Shown: positions 29,322 to 38,212 of the stretch, piece after piece | Position numbering within the stretch: position 1 is the first letter of the stretch | Layout: the number at the start of each line of letters is the position of its first letter | From: Capsulimonadaceae bacterium | Lineage (GTDB): Bacteria > Armatimonadota > Armatimonadia > Armatimonadales > Capsulimonadaceae | Direction of reading: 5' to 3' | Length of the DNA: 64,000 nucleotides | Assembly (NCBI GenBank): GCA_965215505.1 | Contig: OZ244065.1 | Location: forward strand, 5,856,001 to 5,920,000 | Program-made: the position numbers and the translations under genes | Notes under the pieces: model-generated | What the model was told of the DNA's origin: nothing | Databases searched by the model: none | Seen by the model: the letters and a program-made list of their open reading frames with translations, nothing else

Positions 29322-29350
29322 ATTGTAACCCCACATTAACCCCCCGCCAA
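29322..29350 (-). promoter_or_regulatory. sigma70-type promoter TTGGCG-N17-TACAAT
   Basis: Plus strand attgta at 29322-29327 and cgccaa at 29345-29350. Confidence 0.6.
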
Positions 29351-29395
29351 ACCCCCGGCATTTACATACGAGAGCCTATAGGCTAAAATAAGGGC

Positions 29396-30376
29396 ATGGA
29401 ACGACGCGCGCCTTCGCAGATGTTCATCGGCGCGTCTCCTCACGCTGGCCGTATGCCTCTCCCGATCCTTTGCTTGATGATCGGCATTAATCTTCTGTGG
29501 TCAGGGTCGGGCCTCGCGGCCAAGATCGCGCTCCACAGCATCCCCCCCATGACCCTGGCGTTTGCCCGGTTCGCCATCGCCGCTCTGCTGATGTACGCCC
29601 TCGCCCTCGCGCTCAAGATAGACCTCCGGGTCGCGCGGCGCGACTGGGGCATGTTCTGGGCGATGGGCGTTCTCGGCCTGGCCCTCACGTACTTGCTGCA
29701 ATACATGGGTCTGCGGCTGACTACGGTGTCCAATGCCGCTCTGCTGCATGCCACCGAGACCGTTTTCCTCTCACTCCTGGCCTTCTTTTTCCTCCGGGAA
29801 GCCATGCCGAAGGCCAAAATCGCCGGCATCACGCTCGGCCTGGTCGGCGTTTATCTGATCGTCGCCAACGGCCTGAGACCGCCCGCGTTCTCCGGCATGA
29901 CACAAGGGAATTTGCTGATTGCCCTGGCCCTCGCCTTTGAGGCCGCCTCCAGCATCGTAGGCAAGGGCCTGGTGGCCCGCTACCCCATCCACTCGGTCGT
30001 CACCTACCAAATGTTGAGCGGCGCGGTCGCCCTGGCGCCGTTCTCCGCCTATGAGCTGACACGGATGATCTCCCAGGGTCATGCGCTGGCGGTCCCGCCC
30101 GCGCCTGCCTTGTGGAGCCTAGCCTACCTCATCCTCCCCTGCACCGTGTTCGGCTATATGGTCTGGTTCACCATCCTGGACAAGCATGAGGCCGGCGAGA
30201 TGTCCGTGTTCCTGTTCATTCAGCCCGTTGCCGGCGCATTCCTCGGTGCCTATTTCCTGGGAGACCCGATCACCACGTTCACTGTGGCGGGCGCCGTCCT
30301 CGTCCTCCTCGCCGTCGGCCTGGTCAACCGGAGGCCTTCCGCCCCGCAGCCCTCGCCGGCACCGCCGGGGCCGTGA
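29396..30376 (+). CDS. DMT/EamA family transporter
   Basis: About 10 TM segments, PPMTLAFARF, FLFIQPV, GDPIT; promoter TTTACA-N17-TAAAAT ends 6 nt before the ATG. Confidence 0.9.
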   Translation: MERRAPSQMFIGASPHAGRMPLPILCLMIGINLLWSGSGLAAKIALHSIPPMTLAFARFAIAALLMYALALALKIDLRVARRDWGMFWAMGVLGLALTYLLQYMGLRLTTVSNAALLHATETVFLSLLAFFFLREAMPKAKIAGITLGLVGVYLIVANGLRPPAFSGMTQGNLLIALALAFEAASSIVGKGLVARYPIHSVVTYQMLSGAVALAPFSAYELTRMISQGHALAVPPAPALWSLAYLILPCTVFGYMVWFTILDKHEAGEMSVFLFIQPVAGAFLGAYFLGDPITTFTVAGAVLVLLAVGLVNRRPSAPQPSPAPPGP

Positions 30377-30387
30377 AAGCGCAAAGA

Positions 30388-30420
30388 AAGACGGGGACGT
30401 GCTGGGCACGTCCCCGTCTT
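30388..30420. terminator. Terminator hairpin between convergent genes
   Basis: Perfect 15-bp stem aagacggggacgtgc-tgg-gcacgtccccgtctt. Confidence 0.85.
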
Positions 30421-30456
30421 AGTTATTGAACGATGCTGTTGTCTAAAGCTCGCTTG

Positions 30457-31224
30457 TTAAGCTCGCTTGCGGCGGCGGGCGATGGCGACGCCGCCCAGAC
30501 CCAGGGCGAGCAGCAGGCCAAAGCTGGCCGTCGTGGAGGCTTCCGGCACGGCGGGAACGCCCGCGTTGAGGGCCAGAGTCGGTGCGGAGTAGCCGGCGCC
30601 GGTGTACTTGGCACCGTCAATCTCCGTCCCGACGGTGCCGCCCGCCGGAGCACCCATGACGAGCTTGACGTCGCCGGCCTTGAGGTCGTTGGAGAGTGCG
30701 GTCTGTGCCGCCGCGCTCAGGATGAACGTGAAACTCGCGGGGCCGCTGACGGTCGTTCCACCTGCGGTATAAGGCTGGGTGGTGTAGGTTTGGGTGCCGA
30801 GGGACGTCAGGGTGCCGAGCTGCGTGCCAATGCCATCGTTCGGGCCGTCTGCCCCCGCAGCGCCAACCTGGTAGAGCAGGCCTTCCGAGCCGGTTCCGGT
30901 GAGCGGGGTGGTGTTGCCGGACAGGAAGAAGTCAAGGGGGCCGGACACGCCGTACTTGCCCGAGTAGGTGGTCATCGTCAGCGTGAAGCTGGTGATGGGG
31001 CTGGTGGAGGCACTCGTGCCGGCGAAGTCGAAGACGCCGAATTCCCCGAAGCCCACGTCGCCGGGGGCCGTGTTGGACTCGACGGAGATTGAGTTGGCGC
31101 TCGTCCCTTCCTTGGTCGCTGAGGCGTAGGCACTGTTGGTTTCGCTAAGCGTCTGCGCCATCGCCCCGGTCATGCTGCCTGCCGCAAGCATCGCGGCGAT
31201 GGTGAGTGTCTTAAATAATCGCAT
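30457..31224 (-). CDS. PEP-CTERM sorting domain surface protein
   Basis: Signal peptide MRLFKTLTIAAMLAAG; C-terminus VPEASTTASFGLLLALGLGGVAIARRRKRA; AAGGAG RBS. Confidence 0.9.
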   Translation of the reverse strand: MRLFKTLTIAAMLAAGSMTGAMAQTLSETNSAYASATKEGTSANSISVESNTAPGDVGFGEFGVFDFAGTSASTSPITSFTLTMTTYSGKYGVSGPLDFFLSGNTTPLTGTGSEGLLYQVGAAGADGPNDGIGTQLGTLTSLGTQTYTTQPYTAGGTTVSGPASFTFILSAAAQTALSNDLKAGDVKLVMGAPAGGTVGTEIDGAKYTGAGYSAPTLALNAGVPAVPEASTTASFGLLLALGLGGVAIARRRKRA

Positions 31225-31295
31225 CGTGGATAATCTCCTTGTCGTAGTCACCCGCAGTCTTAGTTTTGTGGGTACAGGAGATTAAAGCACACCGA

Positions 31296-31335
31296 TGTTA
31301 AGACAGTGTTAAGGCTGGCTTAACTTCACGTTAAG
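31296..31335 (-). promoter_or_regulatory. Four 11-bp-phased TTAA(C) direct repeats (Pho-box/OmpR-family-like site)
   Basis: TTAA starts at 31298, 31309, 31320 and 31331. Confidence 0.6.
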
Positions 31336-31356
31336 CGGTATCCACTCCTACCAAAC

Positions 31357-31929
31357 TCACCCATTAAAACGATTCATCGCCCGTTCGATGCCTTCAGCCA
31401 GCCACACTTCAAGTGCGGCGACGGCCCGGCCAGTCGTCTCGTCTACATCCTTCTGCTCGGCCCGGCTAAACCGCCCTAGCACGAAATCAATCTGCACGGA
31501 TGGGTCACGGGGGGCGCCGACGCCGAAGCGCAGACGCGGGAAGGCCTGCCCATGCAGGTGCGCGATGAGCGACTTTAGGCCGTTATGCCCTCCCGCCGAG
31601 CCTTCCGCCCGCAGCCGCAGCTTGCCGACGGGCAGCGCGATGTCGTCCGTCACGACCAGGATATCCACGAGGGCCAGTGGCTTCTGGCGCAGGAAGGCGG
31701 CGACCGACTGGCCGGACAGGTTCATGAACGTCTGCGGCTTCAGCAGAAAGACGCGCGCATCACCCACGCGCCCGTCACCGACCAGCGCCTGCCCCTCCCG
31801 CCGCGTCACGGCGATGCCGTGGATGCGCGCGAAGGCGTCCACCACATCAAATCCAATGTTGTGCCGCGTGCGCTCGTACTCCTTGCCCGGATTGCCCAGG
31901 CCCACGATCAGCTTGGTCGGAATGTCCAT
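31357..31929 (-). CDS. pth: Peptidyl-tRNA hydrolase
   Basis: LIVGLGNPG, TRHNIGF, KPQTFMNLSG, GGHNGLKS. Confidence 0.97.
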   Translation of the reverse strand: MDIPTKLIVGLGNPGKEYERTRHNIGFDVVDAFARIHGIAVTRREGQALVGDGRVGDARVFLLKPQTFMNLSGQSVAAFLRQKPLALVDILVVTDDIALPVGKLRLRAEGSAGGHNGLKSLIAHLHGQAFPRLRFGVGAPRDPSVQIDFVLGRFSRAEQKDVDETTGRAVAALEVWLAEGIERAMNRFNG

Positions 31930-31998
31930 CGATGTGTATGTTTCCAATGGCGCAATGCGCGAGGAATGGAGAAGGCGGAAACAGAGAAGGGCGAGAAA

Positions 31999-32061
31999 AG
32001 GGGGCGCGATGAATCGCGCCCCTGCGCCCTGCCTTGTAGGGGCGAACCTTGTGTTCGCCCT
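31999..32061. repeat. Pair of GTAG-type REP palindromes
   Basis: ggggcgcgatgaatcgcgcccctgc and gtaggggcgaaccttgtgttcgccct. Confidence 0.75.
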
Positions 32062-32118
32062 TCCGCCTCCGTCCGCCCTTCTTGTCCCGTCCGCCTATTC
32101 CTGCACTCACAGGCGAGG

Positions 32119-33153
32119 CTATGGCAGCTCGATCTGCGCCTTCACCGAGGTCGGCGGCAGGTGGGAGGCGAAGTCGAAGGCCGCGACGCTGTCGGCGAAG
32201 GCGAACGTGTCGGTGATCAGCGGCTTGACGTCTATCTTGCCGCTGCCCATCAGGGACAGGGCGCGCGGGAAGACGTGCGCGTAGCGGAAGACGTGTTCGA
32301 CCCGCGCCTCCTTGATCTGCGCGCCTACGACGTCGTAGGGCGTCGGCCCGCCCGGCATCCCCACCAGGACCACGCAGCCGCCCGGACGGAGCGGCTCAAA
32401 TACGCCCGAGATCGCCCGCTCGCTGCCGCTGCACTCAAACACGACGTCCGCGCCCCAGCCGTCGGTCAGGCCGCGGACGACTTCGGCCACGCTCTCGGAT
32501 GCGACATTGACCGGCGTGATCGGCCCCAGCTTCGCGCCCAGGTCCAGCTTCGGCTGCTGCGTGTCAGCCAAAATGACCCGGCTGCACCCGCCCGCGAGCG
32601 CGGCCAACGCGGTCACCATCCCGATCGGCCCCGCGCCCAGGACGACGGCCAGATCGCCCGCCTCGATCCGGGCCTTCTTCGCCGCCTGCATCCCGACCGC
32701 CAGCGGCTCGACCATGGCCGCCTCGCCGAACGAGACGTTGTCGGGGATTTTGAACGTGTAATCGGCGGGGTGGACGACCGAGGGCCGCAGGACGCCGTGG
32801 ATGGGCGGCGTCGCCCAGAACCGGACGGCCGGGTCCAAATTATACATGCCCAGCCGCGAGGCCCGGCTGTTCGGATCGGGAATGCCCGGCTCCATGCACA
32901 CCCGGTCGCCCGGCTTCAGCGTCGTGACATCTTCGCCGATATCGGTGACGATGCCGGACGCCTCATGCCCCAGCACCATCGGCGCGTTGACGACGAACGG
33001 CCCGATGCGCCCATGCTGGTAGTAGTGAATGTCCGACCCACAGATGCCGACGGTCTTGATCGCGATGCGGACGTCGCGCGGCCCCAGCGGCTCGGCCAGA
33101 GTGATGTCGCCCAGTGCCAGCTTTTTCGTCTCTTCCAGAATCAGTGCTTCCAT
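32119..33153 (-). CDS. Zn-dependent polyol (sorbitol/xylitol) dehydrogenase
   Basis: [33 protein letters not shown]. Confidence 0.9.
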   Translation of the reverse strand: MEALILEETKKLALGDITLAEPLGPRDVRIAIKTVGICGSDIHYYQHGRIGPFVVNAPMVLGHEASGIVTDIGEDVTTLKPGDRVCMEPGIPDPNSRASRLGMYNLDPAVRFWATPPIHGVLRPSVVHPADYTFKIPDNVSFGEAAMVEPLAVGMQAAKKARIEAGDLAVVLGAGPIGMVTALAALAGGCSRVILADTQQPKLDLGAKLGPITPVNVASESVAEVVRGLTDGWGADVVFECSGSERAISGVFEPLRPGGCVVLVGMPGGPTPYDVVGAQIKEARVEHVFRYAHVFPRALSLMGSGKIDVKPLITDTFAFADSVAAFDFASHLPPTSVKAQIELP

Positions 33154-33207
33154 GTTGCCCCTCCACTTTCCCCCTAGTATACCCAGCTATGCCGGGCGGG
33201 GGTGCCG

Positions 33208-34623
33208 CTAACGAGGGGGCGTGTCCGCGCCGGCCGCCTCGGCCGCTTTCGCCGCATTCCGGGCCGTCAAGCGGTTGAGGACATCGGGGACTAGCTGCTC
33301 GGCGAAGCCGGCGACGAAAGCCCAGACCAGCAACTTGGCGGCGTCGGGCGTCGTGGCCGGGGTCGCGTCCGTAAACTTCGGGAACACCCCCTCCACCGAC
33401 GAGGCGATGATCGAAGCCGGCAGGTTGCTGAGGAAGATCAGGTAGAGCATCATGGCGAAGATGCCCCCATAAGTTGGGGCCAGACTGATGCCGAACTGTC
33501 CGGCATTGAGCGCGATGGTATCCAGCAGCGGCGTGTTCCCGGCGGGCAGCGCCTGGAGGCGGCGCAGCATGCTGATCAGCCCGCCCAGGACTCCGCACAG
33601 GATGACTAGGGCGGAGACTTGCAGGACCTGGAGCGGGGAAGAGATCGCTTCCGGCGGAGCGACCGGGGCGGCCGGGCCGCCGTCCTTCGTGCCGGGCGTG
33701 ACAGCCGTAGGCGTCGCGGGCTTCACCGGCGGGGTGGGGGCTGCGGGAACGGGCGCGGCCACGATCGCCGAGCGCGTCGGAACAGCAAGCCCGGCGAAGG
33801 ACCTTGGGGAGAAGCCTGGAGCGCCGTAGAGGAAGAGCGCGAGCAGCAGGCTGATGGAGGCCGACATGGCACCGATCCGCGAGATCCGGCTGTTCTTCTC
33901 CTCCCGCGCGTTGATGGTGGAGCGGAGGCGCTGGAGGTCACTCAGCAGGATGCTCAGGTCCGCGCGCAGCGTGGCGGCGGCGGGGGAGTCGCCCGTAGAG
34001 TGGCCTGGCGGGGCCTCAACGGGCGGCTCCGGCGGGGCCGGTGTCAGCAGGAAAAAGCCGGTCGCCCCGCGCGGGATGCTGGTGACGGAGACTGCGGAGG
34101 GCTTCCCTTCCGCGCCCGCCCCCGGTGAGGAGTCACCATGTGGTGGGTCCCCGTCGCCGGGCGGCTTGGACTTCTGATAGCCGTCATACCAGGACTGCCC
34201 GGCGACCTCGTGGTAGCGGGCGCGCAGGTTCCAGGCGTAGCGCTGGAGGTAGGCTTCGGGCAGAAGCTGGAGCAGCGCCATTTCCATCCCGCTGACATCG
34301 GCCCAGTTGAGGTCATGCTTTTTACGCTCCCAGGGCCAGTGGAAGCGCTGCCCCTCCTCTTCCTGCTTCTGCTGTTCCCGGACGAGGTATTTGGCAAGCT
34401 CATTGGCGGCGAGGTTTCGCGGGTCTGGGTCCACGCCGGGGAGCGTCAGGTACTGCGCGACGAGCTGGTTGAAGTACTCGACGGCATAGTCGGGGAGACA
34501 CTTCCCCTTGGGCGAGCGCTGGTTGACGGGGAGCGGCGGCGTACCCCCGCCCTCCCCCGGCGCTTTCGGCGCAGCCCCATTAGCGGTGACGCCGGGGTCT
34601 GCGACGCTTGTCTGGTCTTGCAT
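33208..34623 (-). CDS. Hypothetical multi-pass membrane protein
   Basis: AGGAGG RBS; soluble N-terminal domain, then TMs GVLGGLISMLRR...GGIFAMMLY...AFVAGFAEQLV. Confidence 0.75.
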   Translation of the reverse strand: MQDQTSVADPGVTANGAAPKAPGEGGGTPPLPVNQRSPKGKCLPDYAVEYFNQLVAQYLTLPGVDPDPRNLAANELAKYLVREQQKQEEEGQRFHWPWERKKHDLNWADVSGMEMALLQLLPEAYLQRYAWNLRARYHEVAGQSWYDGYQKSKPPGDGDPPHGDSSPGAGAEGKPSAVSVTSIPRGATGFFLLTPAPPEPPVEAPPGHSTGDSPAAATLRADLSILLSDLQRLRSTINAREEKNSRISRIGAMSASISLLLALFLYGAPGFSPRSFAGLAVPTRSAIVAAPVPAAPTPPVKPATPTAVTPGTKDGGPAAPVAPPEAISSPLQVLQVSALVILCGVLGGLISMLRRLQALPAGNTPLLDTIALNAGQFGISLAPTYGGIFAMMLYLIFLSNLPASIIASSVEGVFPKFTDATPATTPDAAKLLVWAFVAGFAEQLVPDVLNRLTARNAAKAAEAAGADTPPR

Positions 34624-34737
34624 CGGCTTTTCCTCCTTCTGCATTGGTCGGAATCAGAGGTCAAAGCAACCCGCCCTGCCTGAACCGTGCCCGCAGGAGT
34701 ACCGAGTTGGAGTATTCTGTTGTGGGGCTGAACGGCT

Positions 34738-35801
34738 TCAGCCGGCCTTGATCGGCAACTCTTCCACCTGCCAGGTCTCCGTGTCTTTGCTGCCGCTAAA
34801 GCTGCCAGAACCCCAGAGATAATGTACCGGAGTTTGCATGCTGTAGAGGGACGCTGGCCCGAACGGCTTGGGGTCCAGCACCAAATCTGTGTCCCGATGG
34901 ATGACAAGCAGGTCACCGGGATCGTTCCCGAAATACAGCCCGGCGTTCCTGTCTGAAGATCCTACGCCAAACGACATGTCCACCGGCACCCACCCGATTC
35001 CATCCGCATAGAACTCGGACCGGACGTGACACTGCCCATAGTCTAGGGTGGTTAATGCCGATTTCGCCAGGCGGCCAGCGAGGGAGTGAGCGGGAACGCC
35101 GTTAGCGCGCATCGCGGAGACGAACAGGTAGGAGAGGCCGCCGCAGTCGGACTGGTCAGTCAGGCATATCTTGGAAGCACTCCGATCCTGTTTTGGGTCG
35201 TAGTGGTAGTGATAGCGCTTCCGTATCGTCTGATAGACGCGGAAACCAAAATCAAGATCACGCTCCGAGGCAGACCTATGCAAATCGGTATCGTCCAGCC
35301 AGTGCTGGAACGGGGGCGACTGGAAATCCATTGTTCGACTGCTCCGCAGGCTGAGAAGCCGATCCGAGGCAGAGAGCGGCGGGATGGGGGCTGCCGGGGG
35401 GCCAAGCAGTATGCGGCGGGAATAAAGCGTTGCCTCGTATAAAACCTAGATGGTCAGCGCCCGCTGCGCCGGTCCGTTCGGCATGGTACGCGCCCACAAG
35501 ACTGGTCGCTGAAGCTGGCTGAGTTCAGCCGTCCGTCCCTGGCCTTGAGGAAGACCATCGAGGAAAAGGCTGGCTTTCACATGGTCCTGCCCCGGCGAGG
35601 GCAGAGGAACCGGTGTGAAGACGGCCCAGCGTCGTGGCGTGTCCTTCGGGTTTCCCATGTGTCCCTGAGAGTGGCCCGGATGTGTCTCACCGGGACCGTT
35701 TCAACGTGATAGGCCGCCGGGGCGGCGGTCTGCGCGTCGCCGCGTCCGCCGCCAAACAGCGAGAGAACCAAAGCTCCGACCCGAAAGACGCGCATGGTCA
35801 T
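34738..35801 (-). pseudogene. Secreted transglutaminase-like protein disrupted by a frameshift (~35648-35650) and an in-frame TAG (35446-35448)
   Basis: Catalytic motifs DCGGLSYLFVSAMRANGVP, CHVRSEFY, GWVPVD; three ORF fragments join once one C is restored and the TAG is read through. Confidence 0.75.
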
Positions 35802-35806
35802 GCCGC

Positions 35807-35835
35807 AGTATAAACCATGGGCTTGCATCTGTCAA
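35807..35835 (-). promoter_or_regulatory. sigma70 promoter TTGACA-N17-TATACT
   Basis: Plus strand agtata at 35807-35812 and tgtcaa at 35830-35835. Confidence 0.7.
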
Positions 35836-35856
35836 GAAGCCGATCTGCCAAAAATC

Positions 35857-36690
35857 CTACGGGTGTTCCCGGCGGATGTAGGCCAGGGCCGCCGCCCCGC
35901 CGCCCGTCAGCGCCATGACCAGAGGAACAGCGGGCGCAACGCCGTCCGGGACGGGAGAGAGGTGGATCAGAACGAACCCGAGTATCCCCATGATGCAAAG
36001 CCCGAATGCCCAGCAGGCCGAGACCTGCCAGGCAATGGCGCGTGCGTCGGCTCCTGAAGAGGGACTCGACCGGTTGTGTTGGGTCTGTACCAGGAGCAGA
36101 GCCATTTCGGCGCGCAGTGCCTCAATGGGACCCGCCGCGTCGTCCTTGGGCGTCGTCTTCGAGCGCATGTATTGTCGGTACTGTGTGGGGGAAACAGCGG
36201 CACGGTAACGGGCACGCCGGTCATTGGCTTCGCGGCGCAGCACGGCCTCGGGCGTCACGCGCAGCACGGCAAGCTCAAGCTGGTGTAGGTCCGCATAGGT
36301 CAGCGTATGGCGCTCGGATCTCGCGGTCAGATCGTAGATGGTGCTGATCGCCTGTAGGTCGAAATGGAGACACGCCGCCGGGTCCGCCCCGTCCGTCCTG
36401 AACGTGCGGTATTGGTCCAGCAGGGAGCGGAAACGCGCCTCATCGGGGCCGCGCAGGGTCTCGCGTGGGTTTGGCGGGGTTGAAGGCGCCACCCGGACGG
36501 GGGGCGGCGGTGCGGGCCGGAATCGGAGCAGGAAGGGCGAAATGCCGCCCCGCTTGGAAGAAGACGGCCGCTGTGCGCTCGGCGGCGGCGTCGGGGCGGC
36601 TAGAGGGCGGAAAACGAATAGATCAGTCATGATCGGCTTCCCGATGGGTTCCACGACTTCCGGCGTGTCTGCGACCTGCGCTTGTTCCAT
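35857..36690 (-). CDS. Hypothetical membrane protein, shorter paralogue of 33208-34623
   Basis: Shared block LTYADLHQLELAVLRVTPEAVLRR..RARY / LNWADVSGMEMALLQLLPEAYLQR..RARY and LRAEMALLL / LRADLSILL; two C-terminal TMs. Confidence 0.7.
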   Translation of the reverse strand: MEQAQVADTPEVVEPIGKPIMTDLFVFRPLAAPTPPPSAQRPSSSKRGGISPFLLRFRPAPPPPVRVAPSTPPNPRETLRGPDEARFRSLLDQYRTFRTDGADPAACLHFDLQAISTIYDLTARSERHTLTYADLHQLELAVLRVTPEAVLRREANDRRARYRAAVSPTQYRQYMRSKTTPKDDAAGPIEALRAEMALLLVQTQHNRSSPSSGADARAIAWQVSACWAFGLCIMGILGFVLIHLSPVPDGVAPAVPLVMALTGGGAAALAYIRREHP

Positions 36691-36816
36691 GTTGATGACT
36701 CCTCTGTGCTCATGCTGCCGGCCGGATGCGAGAGGCACATCGGACACGCCCCCGCCAAGTGGCTCACTTTGCAGAGACACGGCCGGCCCAATAATCCTAC
36801 TGCAAAGTAGTCATAC

Positions 36817-36833
36817 TGCAAAATTCATGCCAA
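36817..36833 (-). promoter_or_regulatory. sigma54 (-24/-12) promoter
   Basis: Minus strand TTGGCATGAATTTTGCA with exact GG-N10-GC spacing. Confidence 0.65.
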
Positions 36834-36861
36834 AACTAATGTATTCATGCCAAAACATGAT

Positions 36862-38124
36862 TCATGGGTTTACCGAGCCTAGACTGACCAGTTTTGAGGC
36901 CCCGCCGCTATCGCTGGCGATGCGCTGCAAGAGCCGCGCGGCGGCAAAACTGTCGTCCGTTCCGTCCGGATTCCGGCCCACGAGGCCGATGGTGGAGATG
37001 CGCGCGCGCCGGACGTTGAACCGCCTCAGCGCCTGTGTCAGCTTCTCCGGGTCCGTCTCGCCGACGGTCGGGACGCCGTCGGTCAGGATGACGACCTCGT
37101 TGACGTCGCGCAGCATCAGCGCCCGGACGACGGCGTCTTCCAGGTCGGTGTCCCCGGACGCCTCCAGCCCGCCCAGGAAGGCCGAGGCCCTCTGGAGATT
37201 GCCCGGTGCCGCTTCGGCCATGTCCGGGTCGAACATCTCGCTCCCGCCGCTGAAGGTGACGATGTTGAACGTCTCGCCGGGCCGCAGGCCGTGGAGCGCC
37301 TCCCTCAACTCATCCTCAGCCCGGTCCAGCCGGCTTTTCATGCTGCCCGAGGTATCCAGCACATAAACGATGTGGCGCGTCACCCCGTCCGCGGCCAGGC
37401 CGTCCCCGATCCCGAACGGCCCGCCCGCCTTTCGCCCAGTGTAGGCACCCGCGCCGGCGTCCCACCCCGCGCCTCCCCCGGACGCTCCCCGGCTGGCCTC
37501 CGTTTGAGCGGGAACGCGGGCCACCTCAGTCGGCGCGGCGGGCGGGGACGAAGCAGAAGGCGCAGGCTTGGTGAGCCGTGCGTCAGGCACGGGGGGCGGC
37601 ACGGGGATGGAAACCGCTGGAACCGCCGCGCTGCTGAGGGGCAAAGGGGTGAGTCGGACGGGCAAGAGGGTGTGAGGCCGAGGCGGTGCCTGTACCGGCG
37701 GGTCGAAAGAGGTCTGAGCCGGGACGGCAGGTGCCGGCAGATACGAGACCGGTGCAGTGGGGCGTATGGCGGTGACGATGCGGAAAATAGGGGTCGGCGC
37801 AACGGCCTCCCGCACGGGCCGCCGAGGGCGAACCAGGCGGCGCGGGTCTCTCCGTGGGCGCGGGACTGTCTGCGGACGCGGGGGTGACAGGCTCATCGCC
37901 GCCGTCAGCCTCGAAGCGGTCATCATGCCACGGCGGCCCGAGGAGGGCGGCGCGAGACGCCTTGAAAACGTCACCATCCGCAAATGGGGCTGGCCGGGTG
38001 GACTGCTGAGGTCAGGCAGCCCGCCGAGCCGTCCGATTAGGCCCAGCAGGCCCAGGTTCAGGAGGACCGAGGCCGCCAGGCTGATGCGGAAACGGCGCGC
38101 ATCTGCTGTCAATGAGTCGTTCAT
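36862..38124 (-). CDS. Membrane-anchored Pro-rich VWA domain protein
   Basis: N-terminal TM, Pro-rich stalk, MIDAS DTSGS...GDT...LTDG. Confidence 0.85.
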   Translation of the reverse strand: MNDSLTADARRFRISLAASVLLNLGLLGLIGRLGGLPDLSSPPGQPHLRMVTFSRRLAPPSSGRRGMMTASRLTAAMSLSPPRPQTVPRPRRDPRRLVRPRRPVREAVAPTPIFRIVTAIRPTAPVSYLPAPAVPAQTSFDPPVQAPPRPHTLLPVRLTPLPLSSAAVPAVSIPVPPPVPDARLTKPAPSASSPPAAPTEVARVPAQTEASRGASGGGAGWDAGAGAYTGRKAGGPFGIGDGLAADGVTRHIVYVLDTSGSMKSRLDRAEDELREALHGLRPGETFNIVTFSGGSEMFDPDMAEAAPGNLQRASAFLGGLEASGDTDLEDAVVRALMLRDVNEVVILTDGVPTVGETDPEKLTQALRRFNVRRARISTIGLVGRNPDGTDDSFAAARLLQRIASDSGGASKLVSLGSVNP

Positions 38125-38170
38125 CGCAAAGTAGAACGCCGCGCCGTGGCGCAGAGTTTCCCCTGCGGTT

Positions 38171-38200
38171 CGGCCCCGTCACGGTCACACGACGGGGCCG
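38171..38200. other. 10-bp GC-rich intergenic hairpin
   Basis: cggccccgtc-N10-gacggggccg; no U-tract. Confidence 0.4.
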
Positions 38201-38212
38201 GGCGGGAAGCAG

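Noticed and set aside
35446-35448. In-frame TAG as programmed readthrough or pyrrolysine recoding
   Set aside because: TAG ends many normal genes here and the same gene has an independent frameshift
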